In this document: positions 13,801-25,789 of the stretch, in pieces
Position numbering within the stretch: the first letter of the stretch is position 1
How the letters are laid out: each line of letters opens with the position of its first letter
NCBI GenBank assembly: GCA_905178155.1
Contig: CAJINV010000010.1
Location: 1,284,709 to 1,348,708, forward strand
DNA from: Amoebophrya sp. A120
Taxonomy: Eukaryota; Protista; Dinoflagellata
DNA length: 64,000 nucleotides
Reading direction: 5' to 3'
Translations under genes and position numbers: made by a program
The notes under the pieces: model-generated
Databases searched by the model: none
What the model saw: only the letters and a program-made list of their open reading frames with translations
What the model was told of the DNA's origin: nothing

Positions 13801-14350
13801 CCGACAGCCTCATTTCCATTTCCATGCCAAGCAAGCATGGAAGCGAGGCCGCACTAGAACAATGATCATACAATGAACTAGCTCGCGCACCGAAGGAATT
13901 AAAAATGCTAAAAAAACTAAAACAGACGCCATCCAAGCCCTAATTGCTGCCTTGACTGCTTTCAAAGGCGGGCTAGTCATGGTGAGCCACGACTCCCACT
14001 TTATCAACGCGGTGTGCGACGAAATTTTATGAAAGTGTACAACTCCCCCTCCCCCTCATTTGTATGGCATGAACAGCAATACAAGCAACAGCAGAAATGT
14101 GACTTCCGCATGTCTACAAATCTGCGCGCGGGTCGTAGTACTCTTTGAGGTTCCAAAATTTGTCATGCTAACAGTGCTTACGAGCAAGGTGTGAGTTTGG
14201 TATTTTGCATGACAAATGAGGGGGAGGCGAGGGAGTTTTGCACTCGCATAAGTTTGGCATGTGCACGACAACACGGCGACAAAATTCGACGGCGACATTC
14301 ATGAATTCAGGAAATTTGTGTTGGCGGAAAAGAAAAAGCAGGGGCAGTGA
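7845..14350 (+). CDS. ABCF3: ABC-F family ATPase (ABCF3/GCN20-like); 10 introners and 4 GT-AG introns
   Basis: Walker A GRNGTGKT and GENGCGKST, signatures LSGGW and [16 protein letters not shown] / [14 protein letters not shown] motifs, linker [25 protein letters not shown] introns: 9037-9158, 9389-9819, 11913-13307, 13672-13925. Confidence 0.93.
8280..8457. mobile_element. Introner, family A (diverged)
   Basis: TATGAATTGCAAAAG...CTTTTGCAATGTATA; repeat ACAAC/GCAAC; restores NYN-EVV. Confidence 0.85.
9407..9510. mobile_element. One-ended family A introner remnant between 37-bp duplications
   Basis: Right end TTTTGCACAGGATA present and left TIR absent; 9370-9406 is identical to 9511-9547. 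Confidence 0.8.
9867..10119. mobile_element. Introner, family B
   Basis: TACGAACTGCAAAAATGTCTAGGTCTGGAA...TTCCAGATCCAGACATTTTTGCATTTGATA; repeat TTCTA; restores FFYRGDF. Confidence 0.9.
10374..10522. mobile_element. Introner, family A
   Basis: TAT...ATA TIRs; repeat CCCAC. Confidence 0.9.
10553..10823. mobile_element. Introner, family B
   Basis: TIRs; repeat AAGCC. Confidence 0.9.
10875..11019. mobile_element. Introner, family A (reverse orientation)
   Basis: TATCCTGTGCAAAAG...CTTTTGCAGCTCATA; repeat GCCGT. Confidence 0.9.
11111..11373. mobile_element. Introner, family B
   Basis: TIRs; repeat CCTTG; restores GKSTL-LKML. Confidence 0.9.
11437..11587. mobile_element. Introner, family A
   Basis: TIRs; repeat CAACC/TAACC; restores [12 protein letters not shown]. 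Confidence 0.9.
11654..11863. mobile_element. Introner, singleton TIR type
   Basis: TATGCAAGAACAAAACTGTGTAAGTGTAA...TTACACTTACACGCTTTTTTTCTTGGATA; repeat AACTC. Confidence 0.88.
12021..13191. mobile_element. Non-autonomous TIR DNA transposon with 8-bp TSD, nested in a GT-AG intron
   Basis: TSD GGGATCAC at 12013-12020 and 13192-13199. About 70-bp imperfect TIRs TTAACTCA...TGAGTTAA including the ATTTCAAAAGTTTC / GAAACTTTTGAAAT pair. No transposase ORF. Confidence 0.85.
12537..12767. repeat. Palindrome with ~50-bp arms (12537-12662) followed by a 20-bp tandem array CTCGATCACCGTTTGAANNT x5
   Basis: Directly visible. Confidence 0.85.
13391..13575. mobile_element. Introner with degenerate TIR, splitting the ABC signature
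   Basis: TATGCAATACAAATT...AATTTAGCATGCATA; repeat CCGGG/CTGGT; restores LSG-GQKS. Confidence 0.82.
14028..14250. mobile_element. Introner, family D
   Basis: TATGAAAGTGTACAACTCCCCTCCCCCTCATTTGT...ACAAATGAGGGGGAG...GCACTCGCATA; repeat AATTT/AGTTT; restores DEI-WHV. Confidence 0.88.
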
Positions 14351-15284
14351 TACGTTACTTCTGATGGGTCGCGAAGATGAGGACCTGTGCGGACGAGTTT
14401 TCTGCTCTACGAGCAGCTAGTCCCAGAAAAACAAATCCCACTCAGAAGGCCAAAGAATTATAGTGTCACCACTGAAGAAGTACAATGAGAGCTTTCTGAT
14501 TGAGCAACGATAGCGAGAAAGCATTGATAAAAGAACGAGAGGTGCAACAAAAACAAACCGAGGATAAAGAACTCCGCCAGAACTGGATATCGTCCCTTCC
14601 AGTATATCTTCATCATATAGTCGTGTTCAGACGGCAATGACAGGGTTGGACAAAAAAGGTGGCTTCGCTGCTTTATCTTGATCGGTAATATCGTGCATCA
14701 TCTCCTGTGTAGTATGTGTTTATTGTGGTAAAAGCTGAGGCTACTTTCGGTTTGGCCCGAAAATTATATTGTTTTTCACATTTGCAATGACTCAGAAGTC
14801 GTGTTTTGTTGTTTTTCATCGGTGGTCATAACGAATTCGAATTTCATGTTTTCAATTCCATCGGTAGACCAGGACCCACATATTATTGAATAACGTTACG
14901 ATCGTCCTCCTCGCGCCTGCCCATAAGTCGTGAAGGATCCATGATCACACCACGCCGTGCGTATTGCAAGGCATTAGCATTACAAGCAAGTCAAGAGCGT
15001 ATCCTCATTCCTTACCACAGAATCTGCAGGCATCGTTTGATGTCCATCGAACTTCTTGTTGGCGACACCAATGCAAAAATTTGTCCTGCTCTTACTGCAC
15101 GCATTCTACTTCGATCAGAGAGCAAGAATCAGTAGTCGCTTCTGACCGCTGAAAATCAGATCAATAAACCGAAAAGAACCCCTCCACACAGATGTGGCTT
15201 CCCATGATTTACGCCCACCTCGTCGCGTGCTCTGTTTGAGCAAGTTTAAGTAACTTTCTGCCGCAAAGCCGACACAGAACAAAG

Positions 15285-17943
15285 ATGGCGTTGTCAGGAA
15301 CTACCGTTCGGCAACATCAAGGGCGCGTCTGCACCACCCGGACAAAACTCTTCTTCGCGACCGTTGCGACCTTTTTTTCCATGAGCCACGACCCCCACGT
15401 GAAAATCTTCCGAATCAGAGCGCAGAACAAGGACGACAACAAGGACACTGGCGGCTGGGTATGCACTGGCTGCAAAAGTAGCGTACTCGTAGTAATTGCA
15501 TTTATGCATTACAAATCTTTTTCTTAAAGGTAAATCAGCATTGATTACAAATTTGATTTGTAATGCTGAGGAAATTTATTTGTAATGCATAATTTATACG
15601 AGTACGATAACTTTTGCACTGCATAATGGGCCTACGACAGTAATGGGAACTGGGTAAACACCAGCACGGGACAAACCTGGTGCACGGACAGCGCTGGTAT
15701 GCATGGGAAATTTCCCGTATTCCACATACAGCTGCTACTTCGGTTATTTCTGCATGATGTCGATGAATCTTTTTCAGCATGACAACCGGTACACTGTAAG
15801 TTGGCGAAATTTGCCATGCATTTTGTATGTCGTTTGCGGGATGAAATTTGGAATTCTATATCTGGGAAATGGACTTCGGTTGGGTGTCCGGTGGGAACAG
15901 TGAGCAGTAGTAGTGGGAGCAAGGATAGCACTAGTGGAACCAGTTCTTCAGCGTCTAGTGCGACAGGAGACAAGGACTACGAGAACAAAGACACTGGTAA
16001 AACTACGACAAGTACAGGTGGAACTTCTACTGGGGCAACATCCGCATCAAATACAGGGACCGGCACAACAGGGTCTAACAGTGGTACTAGCTCTTCAACA
16101 ACAGGGTCTGGTAGTACAGCAGGAGCGTGGTCGTCGACCTCTAACAGCAACACGGGCAGCACAGCGACCTCTACCTCTTCAGCCACGAATAACAAACCGC
16201 CGGACAAGTCAAACGCGTGCGCGGACCCGGCCGCTTTGCAAGCCTGGGGAACTGCGCCAATCGTGACGTATGCCTGTGTGACCCACCAGCGCGGGCAGAG
16301 GTGTTACTACCTGTATGACCCGTCTGCGAACAAGGTGCAAAGCACCATGCAACCCCCCGCGCTCGTGATCGATATGCACGGATTTGGGGGTTATCAAATG
16401 TAAAAATGTCTGGGTCTGGAAAAGTGTAGACTTGTCATGCAGATTTTCCATGACCCACCCATGAGGTCTGGAATGCGGGGCCTAGCATGACAGACTCGGC
16501 GAGGTCTCTGCCATGCCTATCCTGCATGAGAAACTCCCCTCCAACTTGGTCAAAAGTGTACGGCTTTTGGCACTCATGCAACACAGATTTTCTCATGCTT
16601 CAGATTTACCATGACAAGTTGGAATCTTCCAGACCCAGACATTTTTGCAATTCATAGGGGCTGCGCGAGCGACCATGCGAAGACAAGTGGGTGGAAGACC
16701 ATTGCGGACAACCTTTTGACACCAATAAATACCGGCAATTTTTATCTCCTGGTCGCGTTTCCGCAGGCGACGGCTGTGAACCAGATGCCTACTTGGTCCG
16801 CCGCAGGGAGTGCGTGTTTGGGACCCGATTCTGTCTCAAAAACCGCCCACATTGACGACATGGGTTTCATTCGGAAGATGGTGAAGCAAATCTACGAGAT
16901 GCAGCGGCCACAGGCGAATGTTTCAGGGAGCTCGAAAATCGACCCAAAACGAATTTACCTCACGGGGTACAGTAACGGGTGCATGATGGCCCAGCGGTTC
17001 GCCTTCGAAGACTCGCAACTGGTCGCCGCCGTCGCGTGTCAAGCGGGAAACATGATTGCCTATGAGGATCACGCGGAGCTCGTCAAGCACGTTCACTCAT
17101 TGTCTGACGTGCCGCCGAATACACTCACTTCGAGTCTGTTCCACAGCACTCCATTCCTGCAAATCCATGGCGAGTTGGACCGTTTGAATCCCCAAACGAC
17201 GTTCACCCCAAATGCTTTCGACAACGTGAAACTGTGGGGAAAACTGAACAAGTGCGGGGAATGGAATGACGGGACATCTTCAAATGGCGTCGTGATAACT
17301 TCCACCCCTGTAGAAAACACAAAGCCCGTGAGAACCACGTATGAGTTGCAGAATTGCCAACCAGGAATTAGAGTGACAACTGTGGTAACCAGTGGGCAAA
17401 GTACCAGTTCTACAGCTACTTCTTCCCAAGAGCTGCAGAGAAATAATTACGTCAAACTAATCGCGTTGAAGCAGATTGGGCACGATGTGTACACCGACCC
17501 GAACTTGGGATCGTTGGACACGACGGCCATGCTCTGGGATTTAGGGCTCAAAATGTACGAGAGAAAATCTGTTCCGGAAAGCACGATTGTGACGAACATT
17601 CTGGAAAACGCGGATAGAGATGTGTTTGCGGGCAAAGTGGGCCGATTTGGGACTTGCGACGTTTCACGGGCGGCTGGGGGAAGGCGAGGTGGGACGAAGA
17701 TTTTCTCCACGGGCGTTGCTGCTATTTCTTGGATATCCTGTGCAAAAGTATCGTACTCGTATGAATGCAAGTCTTGCATTACAATTTTTTTTCTGAAGGT
17801 AAATCCGCATGACAAATTCTACCTCTTATGCTGAGGAAATTTGTGATGCATTTATACGAGTACGATACTTTTGCAGTTCATATTGGAAGTGGATACTTAC
17901 GGCCATGTTGGCATTCATATGGATTCATTCGTTCCTCGCTTGA
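15285..17943 (+). CDS. Alpha/beta-hydrolase of the PHB-depolymerase/LpqP esterase family, with Ser/Thr-rich linker and hydrophobic C-terminus; 4 introners
   Basis: LVIDMHGFGG oxyanion region, VAFPQA, IDDMGFI, IDPKRIYLTGYSNGCMMA (GxSxG), QIHGELD, IGH. The start codon is uncertain. Confidence 0.8.
15460..15625. mobile_element. Introner, family A (diverged)
   Basis: TAT...ATA; repeat CTGGG/ATGGG. Confidence 0.82.
15698..15860. mobile_element. Introner with degenerate TIR
   Basis: TAT...ATA; repeat GCTGG/TCTGG; frame restored. Confidence 0.7.
16392..16656. mobile_element. Introner, family B
   Basis: TIRs; repeat GGGGT/GGGGC; restores HGFGG-CAS. Confidence 0.9.
17734..17882. mobile_element. Introner, family A (reverse orientation)
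   Basis: TIRs; repeat TTGGA. Confidence 0.9.
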
Positions 17944-19010
17944 TGTTCCTAGATGGATTCATCGCCATGGTCATCATCCTCGGGTGGCTTTTGTTTTGTC
18001 CACCACAAGAACCTCCGCGTCAATCCTGCGTTTTGTGCTAAAGCTTTTAGTACTTGGAGACGTTTAATTGGCTATTTCGTGAGTTATGGGTTTCTAGAAT
18101 TTCTTCATGTGGCAACGCGTATGCGGGCCACCAGCATGTCTCTACTACATCAGATTCTAGAACAGCAGATGGTTTTTTTTTTTCGGGCACAATCTAAATA
18201 AGTGTCTTTATGTTTCTGATGAATGATTATGATGTGATGTCATCTCAAATTGACTGAGTGAGTAGAATAGACATTGCAATTGACATTTTCAGCTTCAATG
18301 CTGCGCGTCACGACGAAGATAATTGCTGACGCGTGTTCATCATCTTCTTTTTCGATTTGTCGTGCCCCCTCTAAAAGTGCTAGGACCAAGCCAGCAGACG
18401 TGAAAGACTCTTTCGCCAGGTGACTCCGAGCGGAAGAGAAGCAAAATGAATCTGCAACGACTTTATTCTTCAAGTTTGCAGCCGTGGCACTGACTTACCA
18501 CGAAAAGAGAAACAAGAAGATCAGAAAGGAGCTCTCCGCAAACAAAAACGCTACTGCTAGTAGACACAGACGACCCGAGTTGTGAGAAGATGTTGAAAAG
18601 CATATAACCAAAACGAGGAGATGAATACAGCACAGTTCGCAGAAATAGTTTTTTTCACCGCGTCGTGAAAGATTTCAGCCAAAGTACTACGAGAGGACAA
18701 TTTGTGCCCGAGACGAGTATATGCTCTCCCTACAAATGAAATTTCTTGACCCCTGACCACAGGCACTCCCTATTCTACAGTTGGTTCTTTTCCAAAATCG
18801 GTAGAGGCGCTGCACTTCTCGCCATTGGAAGCTGCTTCTTCTTTCCCGCCTTGCATGATCTATTTTTGTTCATGATTCGTGATTCTGCGTAGAAGCAAAG
18901 ATTTCATTTTCATCCAGTAGAGCTGTCTTTACAACTCCTCCCGAGTTTAGTGCCCTTGTTAAATATATAAAACCACGAATCATATATACAAGCTCCAAGC
19001 CCTACGCACC

Positions 19011-21043
19011 ATGGCACAGCAACTCGCGCAGCGAATCACCTCCACCTGCTCGCGGCAGGCACTGCGGCAGGCACAGCAACTCCAGCCTGCGCGGACAATC
19101 TCGTCTAGTACCCGTGCGCTGCCAATTACAGCACGAGCAACAGCTGCAGTAGCTCCCAGCAGGCAGATGCAGCCGCTAATGGGTGCGGGGCTAAGCAGGT
19201 GTAGCAGGATTGTTCTGGAAACGAACAGGAGCGGAGGAGGTACAGCTACTGCAGGACCGGCTAGCACCAGTAGCACAATTTCTAGCAGTGCTTCCAACGG
19301 TTTTCTCTACCGGGCGAACACGAGCGCGCACGACCTGAGGCATATCCTGAGTAAAAACGTCCCCACGCCAGAGTTGTAATGCAGATTTGCAAAGACAGGA
19401 AGACTTGTAATGCGCATCCCCATGAGAGCCATTGCCAATCGTGTTTTGGAATTTGTGATGCTGTGAACAGGATGGGCAGATGAATCTGTGATGCGGCTGC
19501 ACTCGCTAACCTGCACTACACTGCGGAGTGCAATTTGTCATGCGTGACTCACAAAACTCCTAGGCTTGTGTTGCAAAATCCCCATCCTGACTCTGGTGTG
19601 GGGACGTTTTTACTCAGGATAAGGCAGTTCTCTACGTCAACGTCGAGCCCATCGTCTTCCAGCAGTTCCTCCGCCGCGAACAGTGCAGGTAGAATTTGAA
19701 GTAGTTTAGATAGAACGGCATTGTCAGAGAAGAAGAACCCTCACTCAACGTCTCCGAATGAATGTTGAACGATTCTTGGACCAGATCTGTCTCCTGTGAA
19801 TTTCAATTTCATGACCACACTTTTCTCTAGTATGCGAATGCATGTTGAACGCCTGCGAAAAACGAGAACAACCGAGACATGAACAAGAATTTTCCTCTAT
19901 CAAATCCACACACCACAATAAATCAGGCTTCACCCTTCCCGGCACGAAGGAGAACGCAGCGTACATCCTGGCCTACACCTGCGACGTGTGCAAACACCGC
20001 GAGGTATCCCACAGAAAAAAGCAGGCAGGGCAGATTTGTAATGCAAAAATGAATACGCAGAAAAATGTGTCATGGGCAACCCCACAGCATGCTATTTAGG
20101 ACACGCAATCCATTTTTTTTAGTCTATCTATTTTTGCATTACAAATCTGACCTGCCTGCTTTTTTCTGTGCGATATGAGGCGAAGAAAATCTCCAAAAAC
20201 TCGTACCACAACGGGATCGTCATCGTCACCTGCTCGAACTGCAAGAATCGGCATTTGATCGCCGATAACTTGAATTGGTTCGGAGACCAGAAGCAGAATG
20301 TGGAGGACTTCATGCGGGACAAGGGCGAGGTCTTTTTGAGTTCCGAGGTCATTACCCAAGCAGTGAACAAGAAGAACGCAGCGGCGGGTGCAAGTGCTGC
20401 GGGAGGTGGAGGAACTACAAGTACTAGCGGGGCAACTACAGGATCGGGAGCAGGTGGAGCTTCATCATCTGGTGCAACAACGACATCAACATCATCTTCT
20501 TCAAGTGGTACAAGTAGTACTACCAGCAACACTAACACGAAGCAGCCCGTCCTCCGGGTGCGTATGCCAGACGGAGAAATCAGGGAAATAGAGCTCACCG
20601 CCGGCACGGATCAGGTTGCGTTGACCGCCGGGAATGTGTACGCATTGCAAAAGTATCGTACTCGTATAAATGCATCACAAATTTCCCCAGCATGAGAAAT
20701 TGAATTTGTAATGCGGATTTACCTTAAGAAAAAAATTTGTAATGCATGACTGCAATGCGAGTGCGATACTTTTGCACAGGATAATGTGCTGGAAATCCTC
20801 GCAGCGAACGACTTGATCCACGTGGAACTGCCGCAGGAAACGACGTCAAACGCAGCGGGAGGTGGAACGAGTACTGGTGGCGTCACGGGACAGCAGCAGC
20901 AGCAGCAGCAGAATTTTGCAGCGGCGAAAGCAGCGGGCGGGGAGTCGTCTGGGGCCGGAGCTGTGAGCGGTGCGGTCGGCGGGGAAGGTGGACCACACGA
21001 CGTCGGGCAGAAAACGGTGGGAGAACGGATGAAGGAGATCTAG
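19011..21043 (+). CDS. DNLZ: Mitochondrial DNL-type zinc finger Hsp70 escort protein (Zim17/Hep1/Tim15); 3 introners and GT-AG intron 19689-19926
   Basis: [44 protein letters not shown]; Arg/Ser/Ala-rich N-terminal presequence. Confidence 0.9.
19343..19621. mobile_element. Introner, family C
   Basis: TATCCTGAGTAAAAACGTCCCCAC...GTGGGGACGTTTTTACTCAGGATA; repeat AGGCA. Confidence 0.92.
20005..20175. mobile_element. Introner, family E (long ~46-bp TIR)
   Basis: TATCCCACAGAAAAAAGCAGGCAGG...CCTGCCTGCTTTTTTCTGTGCGATA; repeat CGAGG/TGAGG. Confidence 0.9.
20639..20783. mobile_element. Introner, family A
   Basis: TAC...ATA; repeat ATGTG. Confidence 0.9.
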
Positions 21044-22410
21044 TGAAGGATGAGGAATAAAGACATCAGAAGATCATCGACGTCGCAGCATGATATATGC
21101 ATAGCAAGCAAGCCGCCCTGCTCTTGTGATCTTCACTTGCGAGGAGGACTACACTACGCACATGCCACCTCTGCCGATTGTATCCGGTAGTTCGCACGCC
21201 CGCCGCTCCAACCCGCGCCCCGTCGTTACAAATCTTCCGAAGAAAAAAGGGACTTTTCTTCACCACAACTACTGCTACGACGATTGGCCGCCCGAGTGTG
21301 CAACCAAGGACTTGTTACACGCGCCGATTTTTGGGGGTAGAAAACAGGGTGATTTTGATGTTTTGCTGTAGTTTTTGCTTCCAAGCTAAAGAGCAGCAGA
21401 GAGCAGCTACACAATGCTGTTGACTAAGCGAGGATCATACAACAAGCGAGAGAAAAACTAGTACAACCGCACAACTCTGGCGACGTATCAAGTAGAGGAA
21501 GATGAATCTTTATACGGTTCTTACATCATTAAATGCATAGATGAAGATGGCGCGTCGACGATTATATTAGCCCCGGCTCGCTTCATCGACCCCGTTTCAC
21601 ATCTAATGAAATTTCAGCGACAAAAACGAAACCGAAATACCGACATCTTCATGGAGGGAAGATTTTTTGTTTTCGGCAACAAGCGCAATTGTTCATCTCG
21701 CACCTCAAGTTGTGTTGACTTTTTTCTGGGCTAGCACGGCTGTTCCTCTAAGGCAAATAATTAGTTATGTGGAAGAAGATCACTGCTTGGCGCTTGTACT
21801 TGGCTTTGTGCCGTGGAGCTCTACGTTTCAATCTTTCAACCAAGTAAACCCGGAAATTGCAAGAAGAAAACGATCATGATCCAACATACACGGCAAGACC
21901 TGCAGCAACGACGGTCATAAGAAGTCGGAAGATCCCCAAGAAGTGCTGCAATTTCAGTCTGGATGAGATAAAGCCTGAAGATATAATGCCGAGTCGTGTA
22001 TTCCTTTTCCTAAATTCTTCTGCTCCACCTTCACCGACGACCGACATTTTCGGACACGGATGCTCTGAATGTACCACAAGGACCACCAGCACAGACACGC
22101 AGAGCATATCCACCGCTCCGAGTGTAGTTTTTTGTCTTTGAGAATGACTGCTGATAGTGCTGTCTGTTGTGCCATTAACTTTTTTCCCTTTTGAGTTTTG
22201 AGTCCAGACGTTAAAGTAGAGCTTTTTTTCCGACTAGAAGCGGCGAAGTAGTACGAAAAGCAAAATAAATTTTGGTCAACATCATAGCTGAGTAGCGGTT
22301 CATCTGCCTCTGGGTCAGTTACAGCTTGTTCTGTACACTAGCATTTTTTCCTCCATTACCGCTTTCATAAATATCGCAAAGAGTATAAAAAAATCCCCCA
22401 AAGAACAAAG

Positions 22411-25400
22411 ATGGTCTTCCCGATTTTCCCCATTGTCGTTTACGACAAATTGTTTGCCACGGGTGTGACAATGATTGTCGTGAACAGTTTCTACATCTAC
22501 AGAAACATCCACTTCGACCCCACCGGGTATTTCCCCGTCGTTACCCGGTTCGTCGGCTCCTTCATCACCGCTGTTTTCCTCCTCGGGTTCTACCTCCGGT
22601 TTTACTATATCAGCCCGGACGACATTGGGAAACGGGACCAGCAGACCGGGAACTTACTTCGGGACCAGATGTCGACCACGAAAGAGTCGTACGAGCGGAG
22701 GAAAAAGCAGGTGGAAGTAGTGGCGAAGGAAATTTGTCGAGACAAAAGCGGGAAATTCCGGATGTTCAAACAGACCGCAAGCAACACGTTCCGCCACGAC
22801 CAGATCGACACGCGGGCAAGCAAGGAGGGAAAGTTGGATTTGTCTAGCTTCTGCCACGTGATTGACGAAACTTTGGATCCAGTTGTATCGGAAGACAGCA
22901 GGAACAGCGGCGAAGAAGACCCCAACTCCTTTTATTCTCCCTACCACGCTACAATTGAGGTGGAAGCCAGCACGACGTTCGAAACTTTTGTGTCTGTCCT
23001 ACTAGAAAAAGGCTACATGCCGCTAGTCGTCCCCGAACTCCGATCCATCACGGTCGGCGGGGCGATTGTCGGAATTGGGGTGGAATCCAGTTCCTTCAAG
23101 CACGGCTTCTTCCACGAGGGACTATGAACTGCAAAAGTATCGTACTCGTATAAATGCATTACAAATTTTCTCAGCATGAGAAATAAAATTTGTAATGCCG
23201 ATTTGCCTTAAGAAAAAGATTTGTAATGCAAGACTTGCATTTATACGAATGCGATACTTTTGCACAGCATAGGGGCTCGTCGCAGCTGATATTCTGTTGC
23301 CTTTCGACAACGAGGAGGAGGAGGAGAACGAGGAGAAGAAAACTGGAGCTGGTGGTAGTCGTGGTAGTGGTTTATCAGGAGCTCGGGTAGTAACCGTTAC
23401 GAAGGACAACGAATACAGGGACCTTTTCGCCGCCCTGCCGAATTCCCTCGGGTCCTTCGGTTACATTCTCAAACTGAAGATGCGCGTGCAGAAAGTCAAG
23501 CCGTATGTTCGTTTGACGAAAACCTGGGTTTCTGGCGCGGACAATCTGGTAAAAGCCCTGGAAATCGCCTCGACCGGGAAAAGTTTGGAGAAGAGCGACT
23601 TCGTCGACTGCGTCGCGTTATCCACGACGGGTGGGGTCATCATCGAAGCGCGGTTTGTCGATCGTCCGGAGCAGTGCGGAAGTTTAGCCTTATCGGACTA
23701 CTCCTGGAGAAGCGGAAAGTCGTTCTACAAGTCCCTGTTCCCGAAAACGGATCCGAAAACTGGCAACCCGCCGAGCATCGTAACGACTGATTTGCTTACG
23801 GTGGAAGACTACATTTGGCGGTGGGACGCGGATTGGTTTTGGTGCACACAAATTTTCCCGGGGCTGCAATTTCAATTCATTCGGTATAGAGGTTAGTAGT
23901 CTTGTCTTGATGTTGTATGGCTCTTTTGCGCCTTTTCGGCTGGCAAACTAACTCTCGACTCAGACTAAACGCTGCATCATGACAAGTTTTGTGCAGAAAA
24001 AATCGTAAAAATCGTCCAAAATTATCAGGTACCTCTGCGGCCCGCGCCTCCTTCGATCTGATATGTACAAAGTTTTCAACGACAAGTTCACCCGTCTCCT
24101 CGCGAAAATCTTCCCGAAAGCGCAGGATATCCCACGAAAAAACTGCTTCACTGTGATGATTTTGCAAGATCTGCATTACAAGTTTTTTACACATGACACT
24201 GCAAATTTGACATGCGCGCTTCCCAAGGGAAAACGCGCCTGAATATCCCATGCCTTGGAGGTGTAGCAAGACAAATAGTTCTGTGCTCCATTTTCTGCAT
24301 CACAAGTGCACAGCGCAGCAGTTTTTTCTTGCGATGCAGGAGAACCAGGAGCTGGTGATCCAAGACATTGAGGTTCCGGTGGAAAATTCTGCTCACTGGT
24401 ATCCACAGTAAATTCGCCGTACACGTACACATGCGGTCTCTGCATGACAAAACTTGATTTCGATCCTAGTCTAGCATGACAAGTTTTACGCTCCAAATTG
24501 GTGAAATTTGTGATGCATGTTGTAAATGTACCGGAAATTTGTATTGCATAACTGGCTCCGTGAGCACTGCCGGATCGTCCGGTCGGATTTGTTCGGAAAA
24601 ATCAAACTGATATGGATTGCAAAAATGTCTGGGTCTGGAAGGATGTAACTTGTGATGCTGCATTTGCATGCTACGAAAATCTGTATTGCATGAACAGCAA
24701 AAGAGGTCCAGTTTTTGCCATGGCGAGAGGGCATTTCTCATGCGGTATAGGCATCAGGAAGCCCTCGCAAAATCGGTGATGCTAGGGCATGCATCACAGA
24801 CGTCAGTAATCATGCAAAACGTGCATGACAAACCTTGCATCCTGCCAGACCCAGGCATTTTTGCATTTGATAACTGAACTCGGATTACAACGTTGCGGAA
24901 ACCACGACTACGGATTTGCCATGCAAACTGGAAATAATCGGAGGCACTACAGCAACTTCTTCTACACCGAATGTTATTGAATCAGGGCAGACACTGCTGG
25001 CTGCGGATGTTGAAGATGATGAAAACAAGCCGGCAACAAGTGGTGCCAACATGATGCGCGAGAGGAAAATTATGAAGGAGTCGACTTCTACTACGACTTG
25101 TTCTACGACTCCTCTCAAAAACCCGCCACGCCCGCTGTTCCCCTTCCACCAGCAGCAGCAAATCAAGAGAACAACCCGGCCCGACACGGTGCCGATCTGG
25201 CTATGTCCGGTGCGAGGGACCAGTGCGCCCTTGATGCCGATGGATGAGAATAAGCTGTACATCAACTTTGGGTTCTGGGACGCGCTGGAAGATACGACCA
25301 CGAGACCCAAGGAGAGATGTACGACCCTGGGCGGGAACCAAGCGGGGAACGTGAACAGAGGGCTGGAGGCGATCTGCGACGAAAACGCGGCGATCAAAAC

Positions 25401-25536
25401 GCTGTATTCCACGTGCTACTACACGGAAGAAGAGTTTTACCAGAAGTACAACGGGGAGCATTACAAGAAGATCAAGGAAAAATACGACGGGAATGGGCGG
25501 CTGCGGAGCTGGTTTGCGAGGGTGCGGGGGAGTTGA
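22411..25536 (+). CDS. FAD-binding (PCMH-type) oxidoreductase of the delta24-sterol reductase / actinobacterial TmsA-like family; 4 introners and GT-AG intron 23884-24028
   Basis: PLVVPELRSITVGGAIVGIGVESSSFKHGFFHE, DLFAALPNSLGSFGY, DYIWRWDADWFWC, VIQDIEVP, PIWLCP, YINFGFW, KTLYSTCYY, KEKYD. Two N-terminal hydrophobic segments. Confidence 0.85.
23123..23271. mobile_element. Introner, family A
   Basis: TIRs; repeat GGGAC/GGGGC. Confidence 0.9.
24128..24336. mobile_element. Introner, E-like TIR (ends ATG)
   Basis: TATCCCACGAAAAAACTGC...GCAGTTTTTTCTTGCGATG; repeat CAGGA. Confidence 0.85.
24400..24550. mobile_element. Introner with degenerate TIR
   Basis: TATCCACAGTAAATT...AATTTGTATTGCATA; repeat ACTGG. 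Confidence 0.82.
24611..24872. mobile_element. Introner, family B
   Basis: TIRs; repeat ACTGA. Confidence 0.9.
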
Positions 25537-25789
25537 AGGAGGAGTTTGTGTCAGATTTGACAGTCCTCGCGCGAAAGTGGTTTTGATTTTGATGAAGACA
25601 GCACTTGAATTAGAGCCTTTGGCTGAGTCCTCGTCGGTCCTCGCAGGTTGTGCACTTCGAGGGAGGCCGAAAATGACTATGGCTCACAAAAACTTCTATA
25701 CTTTTCTCGTCAATTTTCGAAGAGAAGGAATGAAACGAAGAGCACGATGAATACAATAGAAGACTTCGCCTGCGAGCAGTGCGACTTTT

